A stretch of 46,091 bases of DNA from Octopus bimaculoides. Taxonomy: Eukaryota. The DNA lies in the NCBI RefSeq assembly GCF_001194135.2, contig NC_068984.1, positions 129,597,686 through 129,643,776 of the forward strand, given 5' to 3'. Position 1 is the first letter of the stretch. Each line of letters starts with the position of its first letter. The position numbers and the translations under genes were made by a program. Positions 11,401-20,400 of the stretch are shown one piece after another. The notes beneath the pieces were generated by a model, which ran no database searches, had not been told where the DNA came from, and saw only the letters and a program-made list of their open reading frames with translations.

Positions 11401-14400
11401 TCACTTAGTGATTAGGGGCAGGAGTGCATTGGCACTCCGTCGCTTACGACGTCGAGGGTTCCAGTTGATCCGATCAACGGAACAGCCTGCTCGTGAGATT
11501 AACGTGCAAGTGGCTGAGCACTCCACAGACATGTGTACCCTTAACGTAGTTCTCGGGGATATTCAACGTGACACAGTGTGACATGGCTGACCCTTTGAAT
11601 TACAGGCACAACAGAAACAGGAAGTAAGAGCGAGAGAAAGTTGTGGTGAAAGAGTACAGCAGGGTTCGCCACCATCCCCTGCCGGAGCCTCGTGGAGCTT
11701 TAGGTGTTTTCGCTCAATAAACACTCATAACACCCGGTATGGGAATCGAAACCGCGAGTCCGCTACCCTAACCACTGGGCCATTGCGCCTCCACTGGTGC
11801 AGGAGTAGATGTATGGCTAAGAAGTTTGCTTTCCAACCACCTTGTTTTGAGATAGGCTTCACTGTGCTGCACCTCGGGCAAATGTCTTTTACTATAGCTT
11901 TTACTGGATGGCCAAAATCTCGTGAGTGGATTTGGTAGATGGAAACTAGAAGAAGCCTGTTATATGTATGTATCCTTGTTTTGACATCGTGATATGGTTG
12001 CAAATGAGCATCATAATACAAGCAATGCTGTTTGCTTCTAGTTTTTGATGACAAACACATCTGACCCTGAGGAAATATTATCCTACAAGGAAACAGGCTG
12101 AAGGTTGGCAACAGGAAGGGCATCTGACAGTAGAAAATCTACATCAACAAAAATCCATCTGACCCATGCAAGCATGGAAAACCAGATGTCAAACAATGAT
12201 GATAATCCAACTAATGATTGCCACTCATCTCCAAAGCAACTCCATTTTCCATGTCATTATGGGTCGTGGTAACATGGGGAACTCCTTGCAGTTTTGCTCC
12301 AAATCTCTTATTCTCCAGGCATGTAGCCACATCATTATTAAACAACTTTATTAATTCTAACTTCCCCCAGCATGTTATATATTTTATTCACCAGCTTGTG
12401 GTTGACTGGAGGGACAACAAAATAATCTAGCCTTTCCTCAGATAATCTTTTAGCATTTGAAATTACTCAGTTAAATGTAATTCTTATTTCTTCACATTGC
12501 TTTGAATTTGTCATGCAGTATCTTGAGGTTTGAAAGATTTCAATGATCTGATTGTTCATTATAGCCTCGAGCTGACAAAAGCCTTGTGATTGGATCTGGT
12601 AGGTGAAAACTGAAAGAATCCTGTCATATATATATATATATATATATGTATGTCATTGTCTGTTCCCCACCACCGCTTGACATCTGAGGTTAGTTTGTAT
12701 GTCCCTGTAACTTAACAGTTTGGCAAGAGACCAATAGAATAAGCATCAGGCTTAACAAAAAAAAAATAAGCACTAGGGTCAATTCATTTGATTAAAAGAA
12801 ATTGTTCAAGAGTGCCACAGTCTAATGACTGAAACCAGTAAAGGATAAAGGAAGGATCTCAAATCTTTCGGCAATGTGAGGATCAGAGAATCAATATTTA
12901 TAAGTTACATGTCCCATGCTGGTGACATGTAAAAGAGTCAGGAAGGGAATCTAGTCATAGAAACCAAGCCAAAACAGACTGGAGCCCAATGCAGCTTTCT
13001 GGTTTACCATTTCCAGTCAAACCATCTTACCCATGCTAGCATGGAAAATGGATACTAAATTATGATGATAATAGTGACATTACCTCTGGAGTTGACTCTT
13101 GAATCGTAGATCAGAATTTGACCATCTCTTGAACCAGAACAGAAAACAACTAGAGAGGAATGGAAAAGTAATTACATTTAGTTACCATCAACACAGTACT
13201 TCGAATCAATATAACAAACATTAAAAGTGTATGAGTGATGCACCATAAATTAAGCTGTCCTGAATTTGATTATTGTTTAACCCTTTAGCATTTAAACTTA
13301 CTAAATATTCTACCAGTTCTATGTTCAAACCAGCCAGATCTGGCCACCCACACTTACCCTGCAATGTCATTTCAAAAAAGCAAACAATCACACCACGATC
13401 AAAATCTTAAGGCTGTAACCATCTGTAAATCTATTGAATAAACTAATTAAATTTACTAGAAAAATGAAACAGTTAAAGTTCCGTCACATTTATTACACAG
13501 CTTGATTTCCTTGAACTTGCTGGCCTTGTGCCAAAATGTGAAATCAATATATATTTCAAATATAGAAGCACAGGCATGGCTCTGTGGTTAAGAAGCTCAC
13601 TTTGCAACCGCATAACTTTGGGTTCAGTCCCACTGTGCAGCACTTTGGGCAAGTATCTTCTACGATAGCTCCAGATGACCCATTGCCTTCGGAGTGGATT
13701 TGGTAGATGGAAACTGAGAGAAAGCCTGTCATATATATATATGGGCATTACTATACATAAATGCCTCACGCTAGGAGAGACTCTTAAAGTCAAATATAAT
13801 TAATCAATTATTCCCTTATGAGGTTTTTCACACTAACTACTTGATAAATTCTTATAAAGATTTTATCCTGTTTTTAAATTATATATATATATATAAAATG
13901 GGTTTAAGTAGTGAGGAAAGGCAAACAACTAGGCAATGCAGGACAAGGACATTTAATTTTATCTAATTCAATCTAAAATTTAGCTATATAACGAATGATA
14001 AAAACGAGACTAACTTTACCATTCTTTATGCAGCTAAATTTTTGACTTAATTAAATGTCCTTGTCCTGCATTGCCTAGTTGCTTGCATTTCATCACAACT
14101 GTAACCTATACCTACTGACTCAAAGGGATGCCACTTATAGCCATGTTTGAACAAGGCAATCACACAACCACAACTTCAATCACTGTTCTAACTGGAATTT
14201 TGGTGGAACACCTATTTGAGCACTTGGAATGCATATCTATTAGTTTGAGTTATCTAGATGAAAAACCATCATGTGTGTGTGTGTGTGTGAGTGTGTGTAT
14301 ATATATATATATGTATAAGAATATGTGCCCTCGTGTTTGTACCCTACTGATGGTATTCTATTTTCGTGTCCCTGTAACTTAACATTTGCAAAAGATACCA

Positions 14401-17400
14401 ATATACCAATAGATTAAGAACCAGACTTAAGAAAAGAAGTAATGGGCTTGATTTGTTTGACTAAATACTTGAAGGCAGTGCCCCAGCATGGCCTCAGTCC
14501 AATGACCATAACATATATAGGATAGAAAAAATAAAAGATATATACATATTACATTAAAAGATTTTAAAATTTAAGAAATTACAATTGTTAGATGGACTGA
14601 AACACACAGATTTAACACTGCGACTGTGTCCCTTAAATGTCTGTATTTTCTGTTGGCTGAGAGCATCCCATAAGACAATAGTCTGATCACCAGAAGCAGT
14701 AAGCAGTTTGTGTTCATTTTCCATCCATGCCAAATCAAAGATGGCATTACTGTGTGCTGCCCAATCTGGAAAAAAGAGAAGATAATACATTTAAATTAAT
14801 AATACAGGCCATCAAAGTTAGAGCAATTAAAATTTCTTCATTTCACACCCAAAATGCTTTTAGCGTCAACAGAAAAAAAAGAAAAAAAATTGGTAGAGTT
14901 AAAGGGCGAATATACTGAAAGGTAGATAAGAGGTGGGAGGATATCATCATGGTTTAACGTCCGCTTTCCATGCTAGCATGGGTTGGATGATTTGACTGAG
15001 GACTGGTGAACCAGATGGCTACACCAGGCTCCAATCTGATCTGGCAGAGTTTCTACAGTTGGACGCCCCTCCTAATGCCAACCACTCCGAGAGTGTAGTG
15101 GATGCTTTTACATGCCACCGGCACGAAGGCCAGTCAGGCGGTACTGGCAACGGCCACACTCAAAATGGTGTATTTTATGTGCCACCTGCACAGGAGCCAG
15201 TCCAGCAGCACTGGCAACAATCTCACTCGAACGTCTTTTCACGTGCCACCAGCACAAGTGCCAGGAAGGTGACACTGGTAACGATCACGCTCAAATGGTG
15301 CTATTTACGTGCCACTGGCACAGAAGCCAGACAGCTGCTCTGGCAACGATCATGCTCGAACGGTGTATATCACCTAAATGTTTCATTCTAAACCAGTGGT
15401 TCTCAACCTTTTTTTTAATTTAATTTTTTTTTTTTACATATGGACCCCTTTGATTACCATTTTATTTTGGTGGATCCCCAAAGCTAATCAATAACAAGTT
15501 TTATACATACTCCTTTCAAAATTCCTATTTTGCTTCTCACACAGTAACTTGTGTAGTTTGAACTATGTATAATGTTAGTGAAAGAAACATCGTGTGAAAA
15601 ACCAGATCTAGCTGGTTTGAACATAAAACCGGTAGAATATTTGGGCTGGATATGACTGGTTTAAATGCTAAAGTTTACAATGAATAAGCCATTCCTGCAG
15701 CAGTGACTTGGGAAAGGGTTAGTTTGTCAAAACCAAAAATTACAGTTAGGATGATTGGATCTATTTCAAAACGGGGGCACCAGTTTTCATTTATGTTTTA
15801 TGTAGTGTTTTTGGTACGGAAAGACTTTCAAACTTCGTATACTTATCTATTTTGTGTTATAGAACAGAAAAAAATTTTTGTAATTGAATTTATTTCATGT
15901 AAAAAAATTGTCTTATTTCGATAATTTCTACTAATCACTGAAGTCTATTCAGTTGAAAACTGTTAGCGCTGTAACGGTGTATATCGTATTAATCCCCTAA
16001 CCTTAACCCTAACTAACTCTAAAATTGTTACACACATAGATACGCACAGCGTAATTTATTATATAAACAATATATGCGTATAAATTACGATTAAACCGGA
16101 TGAAATATGGCACAGGGAATAACATTTTTATGACCGCCCAGCAGTAACTCTATTGAGCTGAATTGACGTCAGTGATTGGTTGAAATTACAGAAATACGAC
16201 AACTTTAACATGGAATAACTTGCGATGTACATTTTTTTGTTAAGAAGACTAAGAGAAAAAGATGTTTTATATGACACATTCTATCAGTGTCCCAAGTTTC
16301 AAAGTGTTTCGTTAAGAAAATACTGGTGCCCCCGTTTTGAAATAGATCCTGATGATTATGTGGTCGACATTTGATCATGCTGCAAGCAGCTACAGGCTTT
16401 GAGAAGATTTAACTCATAGTTAAGAAGGTTTACAAGATACAACAGTTTTATGTATTAGCAGTCATTACACTGTATTGTCTGCAACTGTGCCTTGATAGGC
16501 TTAAATCATTTCCAAAATAATTCCAGTTTATCCCCGTAACTAAAAGAAGCATCTGCTTTAACTTTGTTCTAAATATTAATGACCTAACCAGATACTGATC
16601 AAATACTTACATTTTAAGACAGCTTGTTCACCATATTTATTTGTGTCAAATAAAATAACACAACCGTTTTCATCCGAAAGACCAAGAATGTTAGGGGTGG
16701 ATTTTACTAAGGATATAGATTATACAAAAGATATAGATTAAAACAATTCAAATAAGGAAATTTTTTAAACAAATTACAAATCTAATCTTTACAAGCACAT
16801 ACATAATCGCATACACATACCCAATTCAAGGGAACCGCACAAATAGTAGCCAAATCTCTTGCAAATTTCAGTACTCAAACCCCACTGCTAAACCCTTTTC
16901 TTTTAAAATATGATCTCATTATTTCAGTTAATTTTGAAATTTATGAAAAATTTAGTAAAATAACTGTCATTATTAGGCTGGAGTCGCCTTCCTGGCACTT
17001 GTGCCAGTAGCACGTGAAAAGACATTCGAGCAAGATCGTTGCCAGTGCCGATGGACTGGCCCCTATGCAGGTGACACATAAAATACACCATTTCGAGCGT
17101 GGCCGTTGATCGATACCAACATCGCTTCCCTGGCACTTGAAAAGACATTTGAGCGAGATCGTTGCCAGTGCCGATGGACTGGCTCCTGTGCAGGTGGCAT
17201 GTAAAATACACCATTTCGAGCGTGGCTGTTGCCAGTACCACCCGACCGGCCCTCATGCCAGTGGCACGTAAAACACCCACAACACTCTCGGAGTGGTTGG
17301 CGTTAGGAAGGGCATCCAGCTGTAGAAACTCTGTCAAATCAGATTGGAGCCTGGTGTAGCCTCCTGGTCCACCAGTACTCAGTCAAATCGCCCAACCCAT

Positions 17401-20400
17401 GCTAGCATGGAAAGCGGACGTTAAACGACGATGAATTTTGATGGAAAGTTTCCATTTAAAACAGGAAGTTTGTATTATGAAATTCAGGGTGGTCTTGTGT
17501 GGGTTGGTATCAAAATGGTCAAATAAGGCAAGAACAACCATTGAATAATGTAATACTACAGGACCCTCAGAATAGTCAGGACTGAAATACTCTTGACATA
17601 AGTCTGCTTGATCACGACTGACCTGGAGCTAAATAAAAATTATAACATGTATTTGTCTGGTTGAGAATGACCATTCATAGCAACAGCCAAGCCCAGCTGT
17701 GTCAGTAATAGACCTTTTCAATTGCAGAACAAGAATGTCATTCCTTTGGATTATTTCTGACAACACCTTAGCTGGTAATCCAAGATAATGGCAAAACTTA
17801 CTACCCTTATCCATCAGTTCCAACAAGGTTTAATGAAAAAGGAGAGAGATTACTTAACTAGATTTGGCTGCAAAACCAGCAACTTTTATGGATTTCCCCA
17901 AATCCACAAAAGTAAAGCCATAAGCGAGGCCAGCAGCAAATCAACATTTTTAGTCATAAATATTGCACATCTGAGAGATCTCAAAATGAGACCATTTGTG
18001 GCTGGTCCCCTATGAGACACACAGACTTAGTAACTTTGTTGACATCTTCCTAAAACTTATTCTCCAACATATACTGAGTTTTATAAGAGATGATTTGGAC
18101 TTTTTAAAACCCTTCCCCAAACAAAACCAGCAAGGACTCTCTTCTGGTTTCGTTCGATGTAATAAACCTCTACACTTCAATTCCTCACGAATAAGAATAA
18201 GATGGCATCAGAATTTTAATGAATCAAAAATTAGATCTGTTCACAGAAAAACTTATAAATACACTGATTCCAAAACACTCAGTTATAAGCAAAAAACCCT
18301 GTACGTGAAGGAAAAAAGAACCTAAGATGACAGAAACAAAACCCCTTTAATTTCTTCCTTTCTTTTTTTTCTCTCTTAACTCAGTATGACCGAACTTTTG
18401 GTGATCTACACTTTTTATATTCTTCGCCTATCATTTCTGATATTATTGAATCTTGTGAACATTTAATCATTTAAACATGTTGATCCACATTTTGTATATT
18501 ACTCGATGAGCATTTTTGATATTATTGAATTTTATGACCATTTAACCAGGTTTTCTACTTCGCAATTTAAAAGCCCATACGTTTATACCATTGATAAATA
18601 AAAAAATTGTTGAAACTACATTTGTATGTAAGTAAATAAATTTATTTAAAAACAAATACAAGTTTTTCAAATTTAAGTGCATTTTCAACAACAAATTCTA
18701 CATTTTTCCTGTGTAGAAATACACCTTATCTTTTTTCTTTTCTGTTATATACATACACACACACAAACAGATAAGAACATAAGTGAAATACCTTACCTTT
18801 ACTGAAATTACAGGCTAATGGAGGAACAGCAGCAATCTGCAATAATAAAAGAAATTTCAAGAAAATATCTAATACTGATATAAAACACTATATATTAATG
18901 ATACACATCTATGCTGATACCCCTGACAACCCCCACCATCTATCTCCCACTCACCAATTACACCTTCACAGACTTACCTGCAAACTGTGTCCCAGTCAAA
19001 TCTCTTCTCCACAACATATCTTCCTAACAGCTCTCCCTTCCCTCTACAATCTCATTCATCCAATTCAATCCTTGGTTTTACACCACTTATACTGGCAAAT
19101 CTTCACCATCCTTCTCTGCAACTAAGGTAGCCACGTATCTCCTCTACAGCTAGACAATGTTCTGTCTCTCTATTGCATTTTAACCTCCCATCACCTGGCA
19201 CAGAGCCACATCCTTCAATATTTACCCACCCCTTAGTGTTGCTGGTGTCATGTATAAAGTACTCAGTACACTCTGTAAAGTGGTTGGCAAAGCATCCAGC
19301 TGGAGAAACTCTGCCAGATCAGACTGGAGCCTGGTGCAGCCATCTGGTTTGCCAGTCCTCAGTCAAATCGTCCAACCCATGCTAGCATGGAAAGCGAACA
19401 TTAAACGGTGATGATGATGATGATGATTAGAAAGGGCATCCAACCATGCCAAACCAGACAGTGAAGCTATATATAGACCTCCGACTTACCAGCTCTTTTC
19501 AAACCATCTAACCCATGCCAGCAGGGAAGACAGACATATGATGATGGTTCCATATACTCTTTTAATGGCTGAATGGAGTGTTATATAATGCTGGAGAATT
19601 GCCTTTTAGCCAATTATATTGACCATATAGCAGTTTGCCTGGTGCTTATTTAATCAATCATGTTAGAAAAGAAAGCAATGCTGAAACTGTCAGACTGAAA
19701 TGCTACAAGGAAGTTTTGTTCAGCCTCTACAATGACATAATATATACACACACATACACACCAAATGTCACTCAAGTATTTGTGAGGACAGGACACAACT
19801 GGATCAAACCTGGAATCATATGGTTGCAAAGCAAACAGGTTTAACCATGCCCATACCCATGTGTGTATACACTCTCCCACAAGCCAAATACTAACTTGTG
19901 GTATTCATTTGTCAAGGTGCAAAGATACCCATTCTTAATTATATCGCTATCTCTGCACCTTGACAACACTAGAAATCTGGGGGGTTGGGGGAGAAGGAAA
20001 TCGATTTAAATCCTTCAGATAGGAATAGAGAGAAATATTTTATTGTGTGGTGTCATCTAAATCAGGGATTTTCAAACTTTTTGACTTGCGGACCCCTTCA
20101 TATTTCAAGCTTTACCTTATAAACGCTTATGAAATTTATACATAAATATTTGCTTAAAATAACATATATTTTTACATTTATTTATTTAACAGTATTTAAC
20201 AAATAGGTTTATTGTCAATTAAAAAACATATAAAATCAAATTGCCCATAAAAAGTATTTGCTGTCCACGGACCCCGTCTTGTCCTTGCTGACCCCAGTTT
20301 GAAAACCCTTGATCTAAATTATAATAAATAGAAATTGACATTAAACTGATGGCATTTCATGCCAGATTTAAAAAAAAAAATCTTTAAATTACCTGAGAAA

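Noticed and set aside
15105-15365. Repeat array as a possible CRISPR
   Set aside because: Eukaryotic intron, tandem diverged units without unique spacers, and no cas genes.
15059-15423. Recurring ORFs such as [16 protein letters not shown] and [16 protein letters not shown] (also at 9257, 16924, 42207, 7771, 40191)
   Set aside because: Translations of family A and B repeats, not host genes.
15996-16022. Telomere-like (ccctaa) motifs
   Set aside because: A few degenerate units inside the MITE, not an interstitial telomeric array.
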